Shown here: positions 51,601 to 64,000 of the stretch, piece by piece
Layout of the letters: the number at the start of each line of letters is the position of its first letter
Position numbering within the stretch: position 1 is the first letter of the stretch
DNA from: the human T2T-CHM13v2.0 reference genome, Homo sapiens
Assembly (NCBI RefSeq): GCF_009914755.1
Contig: NC_060925.1
Length of the DNA stretch: 64,000 bases
Direction: 5' to 3' (one strand)
Notes under the pieces: model-generated
Database searches by the model: none
Seen by the model: the letters and a program-made list of their open reading frames with translations, nothing else
What the model was told of the DNA's origin: nothing
Program-made: the position numbers and the translations under genes

Positions 51601-53039
51601 AGAGGTAACCTCTCAGTTGTCCCACCTATAAATAACAACAATATCAGCTAATAATTGTGAAAGTGCCTAGGAACGTGTGTTCAGCAGAACGAATGGAAAA
51701 GGAGGAGGGAAAGGTCCTAAGATTATTTTCTGAGATGAGAAAAAAAGTGCCTGGCTATGCAACAAAGGAAAGAAAGGATGACAATCTCAGTGCTCTAAAG
51801 AAGGCAGTTGAGAGAGCAGCAGGCAGCAGGCAGCTGACCTTCACCACCCCACAGGGCCGGAACCCCAGCAGGCTGGGGGTCCACTCATTTGCATAGGCCA
51901 CTCCCTGAACAGAAGTTCCTTTCTTCCTCACTTCCTACTGACAGCAGTGCACAAAGGAATGGCTCATCTGTAAAACTGAGGTTGAATCTCCAAAGACACT
52001 CCTGGGAGGAGTACACCATGAGCAAGGAGGGGGCAGTTACCACCAGAGAAACCACTACAAATGATGCTCCCACGAGCATCTCCCTGCTCTCTTCAGTGCT
52101 GCCCGCCCCAGGGAGACCCCTTTGAGTGAAGGTACCATGCACTGATCAAGGGTCTGGCTGGTTTTAGACTGAGCACATCTGAATCCTGCTTCCTCACCCA
52201 TGTACCTGGGTCCTGGGTACCTTCCTCACCCATGTACCTGGATCCACTACTGTAATCCTATAGAGTCTTGCTGTCTTTCTCTGAAAATGGGGATAACCAG
52301 GGTTATTATGAGTAGGCTCATAACAAATAGTAGTTATAGTTGGTATTGCTCCCTTCTGCAGTGGATGTTCTTCCTGCAACTAAGGACACTGAAGAACCTG
52401 AGATCTTTTATTACTTTAGTTTGGTTTGACTTCTGCTGTCTCCTTCTCTGTCTCCAGTGATGAGAACTGGAATGAAAGTGATGCTGCTGTTTTGGAACTA
52501 CTATTGTTGTAGACTAGGACCTGCACAAATGTGAAAGATCAGGTACATGGGTGAGGAAGCAATCATATGTGTACAACTGCATGGATTTTTGTATTTCCTC
52601 ACTGGCAATTGGGAGCAATAAGACTACCTACTGGATTTGGTGAAGACTGAATAAGAGACATATGTGATGCCCTCTGAACAGTGCCTAGCATATATTAGTG
52701 CTCTGTTAATGTTTCATGAGGACTTTTATAATGATGATGACAATGATGCTGATGATGATATCTTGTGTGTCCCAGGCAGATAGTATGCTTATCTTCACTG
52801 CAGGTTGAGGTTCCCAGAGTGAGGACCAAGATGTATCTACTGCAAATGCAGATGTGTTAGGTCATCTATAGGGCTGCCATGACAGCTGGGCCAGGGTCTA
52901 TTAGTGTGAGAATCTGAGGATCCTCATGGAATGACAATGTTGGCAGTGGTCGCCGAAACTAAGACTCCCAAGCATTTGGATAACCACAGCAACGCTTTAA
53001 AAGAAAGTAATGATAGGACACATTCATGTCAGGCTTTAA

Positions 53040-53530
53040 GTCTTCAAATGTCTCCCCTTGACTTTCCAGATAAAAAATTTACACCTTCTCTTGGCACAGG
53101 AGGTCTCCTGCTTTGTGATCTGGTCTTGGTCCATCTCTCCAGCCTCAGCCTCTCTTCTTCCCATGACACACTCTTGGCTAGCCATACTGTACTCTTGTCA
53201 TTCCAAGCTTTCCTATTTGTAACCACTGCTGCCAGTAGTTCTTTCCTCAGCTATCAAACTGCTGCTTATCCTTTAAAATAAAACACAAGCATCAGCTCTT
53301 TCAGGGAGCCTTCCTTAAACCCTTGGTCTCATTGAGGTGTCCCTCCTTGCACAAGGTTTCCCACAGCACCCCACTAGAGGATGTCATCCTCTTCTGTATC
53401 TGTTGTCTTGTCTGCCTCCCCATGAGAGCATGAGTAAGAACTGTCATATTCATCTCTGTGTTCCTATATTTTAGCACAATACCTGGTACATTATAGATGC
53501 TCAACAAGTGCTTAAATAATTAATTGATGA
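53040..53530 (+). mobile_element. L2 3' fragment
   Basis: cagggagccttcctt...tagcacaatacctggtacattatagatgctcaacaagtgc. Confidence 0.7.
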
Positions 53531-54237
53531 GAAATAAACCTGATGAAAGGTAAACTCCCTGGGCAGTGAGGAATGAGAGGCAAGAAAGCAAGATGTGCAA
53601 ATGCCCAAAGCTGTCAAACACTTGTTTCTTTTAATTCCCAGGAAAAAAGAAAGTGAACAACCAGGTGCACGAGGAGGATTTTAACAGACTACAAGCATGG
53701 GGTAGTCCTGCTCTGTGGTCCTAATAAGAAAGCAAGTTGAGAAGGGAACTTAGGGTATTTCTCTGCGAGTGTTTTAGAACAGAAATGCCTTTTACAGCCA
53801 CTGGCAAAAGTCAATATCAAAACAATGGGTAGAAGAAAATCTCCATTCAGAAATCTACTTGAAGAGAAGATTTGGGTCGGGTGATATTAGTTGGAGGTTA
53901 ACCCCAAGATTTCTTCACTTGTAACTGTAAGTGGACCCTGTTGAACTTTCTTCTCTGGGAGATGCCAACAGGAATGGGCTTATGGAGTTGGAAAGCCCTT
54001 GAATATGTCAATGGGGGAATTGGCTTAGATGCTGAATGACATTCTTGTTTCTCTTCAATAGTTTCCTGAATATAAATTGTCCCCAAGAAAACTGTTAAGT
54101 TGTTGAGGAAAGCACTTGCGTTTTTAAGTTAATCTGTATCCCACACACAGCCTAAAATGAGGATAGGCAACTACACAGGCTCAGACAGAAAAGGGTTTGA
54201 ATAAATAATGCCACACTCCCTTGGGTTCGCATATTTT

Positions 54238-54480
54238 GACAAATATTTACAACAGTGCTCACTCTGTGCCCAGCTCTGTGCTAAAAGCTTTACATGTTTT
54301 GTTTCATGGAATCCACATCATGAGTCTATGAGGCTGGAATATTACTAGCTCCATTTCACCCACGAAGAAACCAAGCCACAAAGAGGTTAACAAACCTGCC
54401 CAAATTCATCCAGCCAGTGGTAGAGCTGGGATACAAACCCAGGAAGTCTGGCCCCACATCCCTGCTCTCAACCACTGCTT
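54238..54480 (-). mobile_element. MIR, near full length
   Basis: ctctgtgcccagctctgtgctaaaagctttacatg...gaaaccaagcc...gagctgggatacaaacccagg. Confidence 0.8.
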
Positions 54481-57400
54481 CATGCTGCAGAGGCAAAGCA
54501 CGTGTGGATGCTGACTGCTATTCTGTCCCTGCCATCACCAGGCCACCATCCTGCAGGGCAAAAAGCTGGAAAGATATATGAAGTAGGCAGAATATACCTC
54601 CAGTGCCTCCTCACAGACCCTTTGAGTACAACCTCCTTCTCCTGCCTCATTCGCAGGGTTGGAGCTGATCCCCCTACCCCAGGATCTGGCTTCAGCACTC
54701 CTGCAGCTCATCCTCTATCTCCCACTGAAGTTCACCTGTCCTGTGTCCCATCCTAGCTAGTGTTTAGACTAGGTTTTCAGGTGTTGTGTTGGTGCTCTCA
54801 GCAATACCACCTTGAACCCCATCACTACCCAGTGAAGCTAATAATGTAGCATCTACCTGACTGGTTGTTGTGGAGATTAAGTGTAGTGACTCATGTATAG
54901 GGCTTATAACAGAGGTCATCCCTCAGTGAACATTGGCTTGACAGGATTGCATAACTCTCCCCATGTCCCACAGCTAATTGGTAAAGCTGGGATACAAACC
55001 TTGATCTTTCTGCCTCCGAAAACCAAAGTATCTGTTTTCGAAGGTGACAGCCAGCTCATGGGATAAACCAATTTAGCATCATATCAGTAGTGGCTCCCTT
55101 CCTTATTCATGGAGTAATAGGATTTTCTTTCCAGTTCTATTCACTACTTTAGGTTAAAACAAAAAAGTGTGTAATATGTGTTGTAGGCAGTGTGTGTGTG
55201 TATGTGAGTGTGTACATATGTGCACATTTTTTTTCAGCTACGTCATGCCCAGGCACAAAACCACGTTCTGTGAGCATTTCAGGCTGTGACAATCTGAGGG
55301 ACATAGCCTGACAGTCAGTGCTTCTAACAGCTGTGCTTCATTCCAGCCCTGGCTCTAATTTCTTAAAAGACAGGCAAAGGTTGCACATTTTTAGCACCAG
55401 CCTATGGCACATAGCAGGTTCTTGGTACATATTTGCCATGTTGAATTGCTATCAAGGTAAAGGGAGGCAGGTACCAGGCTGGGCTGGCATGGGACACACA
55501 GACGGCCACATCCCACATAAAAGCCAGCAGGCAGGATGGCTCCTTTGTGCATGGCCCCAGCTCACATTTTGGACCTACTGATTAAGCACTCAGCAGAAAT
55601 AGCTGTGTAAGTGCTGGGATGGGACTAGAATTTTAAGGAACCATTAAAAATAAGCAGTGCCCATGACATCATTGTCTGCTGCTCAGTGAAGCTGGAGGAA
55701 CTGCAGTGAACCACTGGCCAACTGGGAGTTAGGCCACAAAGACAACAGGGGCAAATGAGGCCAGAGCACACAGAGCCCAGGAGCAGCATCAGCTTGAAGA
55801 AAAGGGGCCCAGCCATTCCCATAGTCCTCAATGCCCCATGTCTCAGTCATCTGTCTGTTTAATGGAAGCTTGAATTTCCTGGGTCTCACCATTGGTGTTT
55901 TTTGCAATAGTCCAAAGTCCTCCCAGGAAAAGAAGTCAGTCCAGCTATTCTGTCTGTGCTGGAGTTGATGGCTGGGAAGGACCTCTGCAAAAGAGCCACA
56001 TAAGCTTGTTGGGGAAGACTCAAAGTTCTTCCCAGCCAGTGCTCCACAGGGTACAACTGTGGCTAAGCCACTCCCATCATCTTACAGGCAAGGCAACCCA
56101 CCTGCATGGCTGATTCTAAGGTTTTATGTATTCTCTTTCACAGGGAAATAGACCAAATTACTAAGTTTACAAATTACTGAGACCATATTGCCTTATCCCA
56201 GCCCTCTCGCCACTTCTAGTGCGTATTTCATATAGATCCCCCCATGCTGCAATTCCTTTCTACTCACAGCGTCTTGGCTGCCCACTGCAGCCCATATTCC
56301 TCTCTCCTTTTCAGAACCATCCTCTTCAGTATTTCAATCACTTTCTCATTATTTCTCTCCCCTAAGCCTCCCATGTTACACCTTAGATGAGGCCATTTCA
56401 CAAAATCCAGTCTCTGCTTTCTTCTTCAAACTACACCCCTGCCTGGGTAGTCCCATCCACTGTTCACCATAAACTCAGTGATAATTCAGAAACACAAATC
56501 CATTCACATTTTTCTCCTTAAATCCCTTCAGAGGCACTTGAAAGCCTGCAGAATGAATGCCACATTTCTTAGTTGAGCACATAAAACCCTCCAAGATGGG
56601 CCTCCCACTTCTCTCTCCAGCCTCACTTCCAGCCACTTCCCCCTCCACCATGTGCTCCAGCCATATGGAAGGTCTTTCTCCATTCCTGACATGCTCCCAA
56701 TGCACCACATGCATATTGTCCCTGTCCTCTAAGCCTTTGCTCAGGCCAGCCAGTCATCCAAGCTGGAAAGCCAGACCTCCAACCTCTCTCTCACCAAAAC
56801 ATCCAGGGATCCAACAAGCCCCGTGGGCTCAATTTCACGGACATCTTTCTCATTTTTCCCCTTGTCTCCTTCATCGCCTCTTGCTCAGATGATTGTAGTA
56901 GCCTCTGTCATGATATCTAACCTCAATCTCACCCCACCCCCACCAACACATGCTCTCTACCTTTTTCTTAATTTTCTTTCTAAAATACAAACCTGACTTC
57001 GTTCCTTTTCACAGGGTCCTTTCTCTTTGCCCATAGTAAGTACGAGTGTTTTACGTGCTTCCACAATTTTGCACATGTTATTTCTCCTGGTAGAACCATC
57101 TTCTCTGCTAGCAAAACTCATTTTATCCTTAAAAATTAAACCAAAATTCACTGCTCCTATGACAACTTCCTACCAACTCCAACCCAGGTACAGTTGACGC
57201 ATTCATCACACTTACCATATTAAATGGTAAAGATCTCCTTGCACACCTGTGCCCCCATTTATATCTGAACTCCTGAGGGCAGAGCCCCTTTCCCATTCAA
57301 CTTTGTGTGCCCAAGTGCCTGGTGTTGTTATTTTATTGAATGAACAACTCAAATAGAGGGATGTGTCAGCTGCGTTAGTCTCATCATCTCAACTAGATAG

Positions 57401-60400
57401 CAAGGTCCCTGATTTCAGAGACCATGTCTCTACTTCATTGTCCAAGGGGCTGTCTTTGAAGAGACAGAAAAATCCATGTATGTGTCTCCTCCTACTCCAC
57501 TGACAATATTTTCTTAGATCCATGAAAAGCATCAAGGATTCTAAAAGGTAAGACAAGCCACAAAATATGGAGCTATACAAGAGGGTCTAGAAGAGGAAAG
57601 ACCTGCATCCTTTTCATGGTGTGGAGAGCGTGGCTGTGTATAATGACATTTGATTTGTTTGGGGTCCCCACCAGCACTGGTGAACTAAGGAAGAGGAAGG
57701 AAGGGCTCAGAGCCCCCCTCACTGACTCCCAGCTACATGCTAAGGCCACTATCTGCCTGCAACTTGTAGATTAGACTTGCAGCTTGTTCTCTGGTTTTTC
57801 CAGTTTGCTGAGCATCTACTTTGCAAAGCCACCACTAGTTGCCTAAATTTAAGCTGCTTGGAAATGTTCATTTTATGGCCAAGGATCTGGAGTCACTTTA
57901 GACAAGGAAAATACTGCAGACCCCATTGGCTCATACTCTGCCACTGAGGATATTATAATATCCTCAATGAATGGTCAAATTGCTGCTTGCCTTCGAAAAG
58001 GTGATGTTATTCCTCTGAATGAACACATTCAAGTAAATTATTGTTTTGAATCCAAGACAAACACATAGCTTATGTCATGGGAACACTCTGAAAGAGGTCA
58101 GTACACTAAGTTCCAAGGACCCACAAAGGGCCCTGGTCACTGGGTCTTTTAGGGAAAATCACTTCCAGGGACACAGAGGTGAGAAACATTCTGAGCCCAC
58201 TGCCACTGTTAGGTGTGTTTGTTAGGTGTCAGAGGCAGAGACCCAAGCTGCTACCAGCCTGCAATACATGATTCTAGGGGAACTGTGCCTAGGGATGTAT
58301 GCCCCTGTCCCAGCAAGCTCACTTCAGAAAGGTACAGGGCCCAAGAGCAGGGACAGGTTAAGGAGGCCAAGGTCCCAGGTGTACACAGTTTTGAACTTCT
58401 GCAGTGTTCTCACAGTTGGCAGCAGCAGGGAATCCCAGCAAGAGAGAACTCTCGGAGCCCTAGTGGCAGCCAGGCTGGAGTAATCAGGAATGAGGGTAGT
58501 AGGGAAGAGACCGGAAGAAGCAGAAGATACCCCAAACATAGGAGAGAGCTTCTGTACAATGAGGAGGGCGATGGGGGGATATTTACCACTACAGTTTTTT
58601 AAGGAGGATGTGTCTGATTAAATAAAAGCTCTCAGTTCTGCTGAGCATCTGATGGATATGGATAAACCAAGGTGGGAGACCTCCTTCCCTAGCACCTTCT
58701 ATCTGGCTCTGCCTAAATGGAGCAGGAAGAGGTCAAGGTCCAGGAGCCCATCCTAGAGTGAGGGGAGAGATGAGCACAACATAGAGTCAAAGAAACCTCT
58801 GAAGTAGCCTCAGGGGCAGGTGGTCAATGAGCTTTTCAGAACAGAAATATCTAATGTTAAGTTGGAAGTTGTAGGATTGTTGTAGTATCAACTACACCCC
58901 CATTCCAAATCAACATCAACATCAGCTTTACACTCACAGATCACAAATCAAAGAAAATAGGTAAGATTCCCATCTGGGTCAACATGAGACAGAAGAGAGG
59001 CAGCTGATACCATGGGACAGTTGACCATCCATGAAATGACCCCAGTCTTCACAGGCAGGCATTCAGAGAACTCGCATATGCTGGAAAAGAAGGGAAATTG
59101 TGATGTAGGCACTGCAGTTCCATGGAGCTTGCAGTAGCAGCTGGAGGAAATCTGATCCTGATCTCAAGGGCTGGGATACTCGCCAGGCAGATTAGAGACA
59201 TAAAGGCAGACATTAGGCAAGGGTCCAGATAAAGTGGGGCATATGGGGGCCCCTGGGTTGAAACCTCATTATCAGAGGAAGACACCAGGAAGGAGCATGG
59301 TCTGTAGCTCAGAGACCACCACAGAGGCCCTCATAGCAGATACCGCTTCTGGGGATAGCTCAACAGGAAGAAAGCTTTAGTACTTGATCCTGAATAAAGG
59401 AGGGGTTGGAGCAGCTGGTATCTTCCTGTTCCCCCAGGTAGGTGGACCCCAATAGCCTACCTCTAAATAGCTCTCTAAGGTGGTGTCCTTGGGAAATCAG
59501 GTGGAGAAGGACAAATAGGAGCTATGAAAAGTTTGGAGTGCTGACATGATGAGAGATGTTCCAGGAGGATAATGTGGGCAGAGGTCAGGGTGAGTTGCTG
59601 GTGAAAAGACTGAATGTAGGCAGAGGTGCTGGTTGGCATCTGTGATCATAAGACAAGAAGTCATGAATACCTGAATGAGATAGGTGGTTGTGCTGATGGC
59701 AGAACAAATAAGACTATGTGAGCCTCCCTCAACAAGGTTGAGATACAAGGCCTAGAGAAGGAAACAAAACAAAGACATTAAGTTTGGCTGCTAGATAAAA
59801 TATGAAAGTGGTAGAAATCATGAAGGGGGCATAGTTCTAAAGAAGACAAGATCATCTTCAGAAGTGCTGAGTCTGAGGCGACAGACAGATGGCCAAGTGA
59901 AAGTGTCTAGTTAGGTCATGAAAAATACAGGACGGGATTTAAGGCCAGGGCTTAAGATTGTGTTTGTGAGTCATTTTCCTAAAGTAAATTAAATTGCAGG
60001 AGAAAGTATGTGATAGAAAGTTGGAGATGTCTGCAATTACAGAAGTGGAGGGAATGGCATGAGCAGAGAACAAGGCACAGCTAGGGAAGAAGGATGAGAG
60101 AGAGGAGAAGGCGGTGCTGTGGGGCCACATGAGGGTCACAGACAGTGTCAACAGCCACAGAGAGGCCCTCAAACCCTGACTCCAAAAGAGACCTTGGTAG
60201 ATCCTCTGGGGAGAAAGTGGCCTGATCAATGGCCTTTGGGGGCCTTTTTTGAGAAACATCTTCAGGAAAGCACTCAGATGGATAGATGTCAGGGAGAGAA
60301 TCTGGCAGAAGAAACCCCCACTACTTCACCACATTCAGTAATAACAAAAAGAAATGAAGCAATGCAAAGTTGTAAAAGGGTGGGATCATCTCCCCTAGAG

Positions 60401-60553
60401 CATGTGCAGAGGAGGCAGCCAGTGGGGAAAAGGCTTTTAGAAACAGAGAAGTTGACTAAAGACAAATTAGCCCCAGAAAGAAAGAGTCTCTGTATCAGTT
60501 ATCTGTTACTGCATAACAAATCACCCCAAAACTCAATGGTTTAAAACATTACT

Positions 60554-61429
<876 letters not shown>

Positions 61430-63339
61430 AGTACCTTTAATTTTTAACACAAGTATATATGTAAATTGAGCAGTTCTGTTTTTTGGACCAGGCTTGACTA
61501 AGGTCATCTAGATTTTTTCATGCATCTGTGGTCAGCTGCTGAGTTGGCTGGGGGCTTGGCTGGCCTGAGATGGCCCTGCTGGGGCCTCAGCTCTCCTCTC
61601 TGTTGTCTCCCATCTTCCAGCAGGCTAGCCTGGGCTTGTTCTCATGCTGTGAAGGGGCTCTGAGGAAGAGCAGATGCCCATAAAGAGCTCTTAAGACTTG
61701 GGCTTGGAACAGGTGCACCATCATCTCTGCTGATGTTTCTGTTCAAAGCAAGTCAGAAGTCCAGTCCAGATTCAAGGGGAGTAAGGGAGTGTCTACCTTG
61801 TGATTGGAGAAGCCACAAAGTTACATTGTGAGAGGAAAGAAAAGACTGAGGCAATTTTTGCAAATAAGATGCCAGAGTTTTCTTGCCCTCTGAAACGTGG
61901 AGAGAAGATGTGTAGATGAAGAGGAAGGAAGGTAAATAAGGTCACAACATGGTCTTAATTTTCTCAGGAAAATGGGAGGCCAAGACCCCAGCAATATAAT
62001 AGAACAGGGGCTTAAGAAAAAGGAAAAAATATTAAAACAGCCACTGAGAGTCATGTGTGAGGGAATCAGCACACAAGAGAGGAAAGGAGTGTCAAATATT
62101 GCAGAGAGGACACACTTGAAAGCAGGGAGCAGAGACCTGCCGTGGCCCAAGGCTACACTGCGCCTGGAAGAGGAAACATGCACAGCTAGGGGTGACTGGA
62201 GATGGGGCTTTAGGGAGAGATGATGAGACAGGGCAGACAAGCAGCAGGGTCAGGGATGGCATTGGAGCCAGTGGTCCATTGGGGGTGCCTCTTTCTCCTC
62301 AGAAATGTAGACAGGCAGCCTGTGTGTAACGTACCCATTTACCTGGGGAACTGGTTAGAGCCCTCTCTGAGGAGACGCTGTGGCCCTTGGTGTCTCAGAA
62401 GTTCCCTCAGAGTTGGCAGGACTCCCTATGAGAAGCCCAAACCATGTAAAAAGGGACTGAGTGAGCAGATGCAGCTATGAAGGGCAACAGAATCAATGAA
62501 TGGAAAATAGTTCATTTTTGTCCCATTGATTTTTTTTCTGCTCATTGAGGACACAGCTACACATTGTCATTAAATTCAACACTTTTCAGTGAAATGCATT
62601 AATCCTCTTTAAAACTGACGCCTGCATAACCGATTCTTAAAATAAATTATTTATAATGTTCCTCATTCCCCAAAAAGTGAATTTTGTAGGTGGTTGCATA
62701 ACCACAGTGGGGTAGACAATCCAAAGGTTTTCCTTTTTTCACATCAAGACAGAGCCTCATTCTTATTTTCTTTGCAACATCAACACTTTTAGCCACATCA
62801 TCCCTTGTGAAATTTCCCCTTCCCTTAGCCTCCATACCAGTCTGGGTTTTCTTCTATGTCCTGAAGCCCTTCTCTAAATAGTTCCTTCTCCACGTCCTTT
62901 GATTCTCTTCTTTTTCCCTTCCCATCACTCACTGTTCACACTTCAGGCCTCCGGCGGCTGCCAATCTTATCTTGCCCCAAAACACCAGACACACCCTCTT
63001 GGTTCAGAAACAGTAGCTCACCATGGGAAGGATTCATAGAAAGAAGGGCATATTCAAATCTTGAGGGCATATGTATGGTTTTAAAAGCCCCCATCTCAAT
63101 TGATTCTGATGTTCTTCCTTCCCCTGTCCCAAGTTAAGATCCCTCCCCACCTCCCCACCCTGACCCAGCAACCTTGACATTTTGGGCAAATGCTTGTTCA
63201 CACAAAAACCTTTGGCTAGAAGCCTGAATGACCACCTGAAAGGCTGGCTCTTCCCTACTGGACTCCTCATAGGGGTGCAACTTCCAGGCTAGATTCTGAA
63301 GGGGTCAGGAGAGGGTATTCAAACTTTCACATCATTGCC

Positions 63340-63960
63340 TTTCATGTGAAAGCTGCCCAACTCTCTATTTTCAGGGTTGATCTTTCTCCTAGCACTCCTC
63401 CAGTTGCCTAGGGGACCCTTCCACTTGGATGTTCCAACAGTAAATTAAAACTCAAAATGCCTAGTTTGGGATTTTATTACTTGACCTCCAAAATCAGTGC
63501 TACCTAGTGGTTTCTCTGTTTCTATAAATGGCATCATTATTCACTTACTCAGATTTGAAATCTTTAATCGTTTTGGCTTTATTTCCCTCTCATTCTTCCT
63601 GGCTCTCCTTGGCTAACAAATTGAGCCATTTTCTAAGTCCTCCTGTTCCTTCTTTGTCCTGTCTGTTCTTCCTTCCCTTTCCACTCCAATTTGTTCAGCT
63701 AAGGTCATCTGAACCTTCATTGCTTCGCTCCTAGACTGTACAAGTGGGATCTTAAAATTTAACCTCTGTCTCTTTCAATTCCACCTTAAGCTGCACTTCC
63801 AGATTGCTTAAATATCACTTTGTTAGTGTCACTCTTGTACCCCCAAACTTTAAGGGCTCTCTGTTACCAATCACTTATGGACTAAACTCCTTACCTGATA
63901 CACAGAGCCTTTCAGAGTCCGGCCCCAACATATTTCTCCTCACTGATCTCTTGCTCTCCA
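63340..63960 (+). mobile_element. L2 fragment
   Basis: ccacttggatgttccaacagtaaattaaaactcaaaatg...aaatggcatc...ctcctagactgt..., typical degraded L2 ORF2/3' region. Confidence 0.65.
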
Positions 63961-64000
63961 AGTGCACCTATCTGACCCGGCCAGTCTATGCCCCAGGGCT

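Overview
Primate (human-like) genomic DNA, judged from AluY/S/J, FAM/FLAM, L1PA/L1M, MIR, L2, MaLR/ERVL LTR and hAT-Charlie relics. I can support no intact protein-coding exon, RNA gene, CRISPR array or prokaryotic system. Almost all listed ORFs are chance frames, repeat translations or L1 remnants. The main functional element is a minus-strand, TATA-less promoter with a non-coding first exon at about 10.0-10.6 kb. It has a canonical TGG|GTAAGT donor (10076/10075), a full-consensus RE1/REST site 45 bp into the intron, a CRE-like/Inr start region, a (GA)n tract, a perfect 16-bp palindrome and a strong CTCF motif. This architecture marks a neural gene. From recall it best fits TNR (tenascin-R) exon 1, which is unverified. 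On that reading, 1-10075 is the start of intron 1 and 10.6-64 kb is upstream intergenic sequence. The upstream region holds several mutational fossils: an L1PA nested in an older L1MA with an in-frame ORF1-ORF2 deletion fusion, locally templated inverted insertions, paired 24-bp tandem duplications, a trimeric Alu, and a ~310-bp GAA/GAG tract grown from an Alu tail. I did not find a convincing new biological system; findings are ranked as leads. Repeat subfamily calls and boundaries are by eye.
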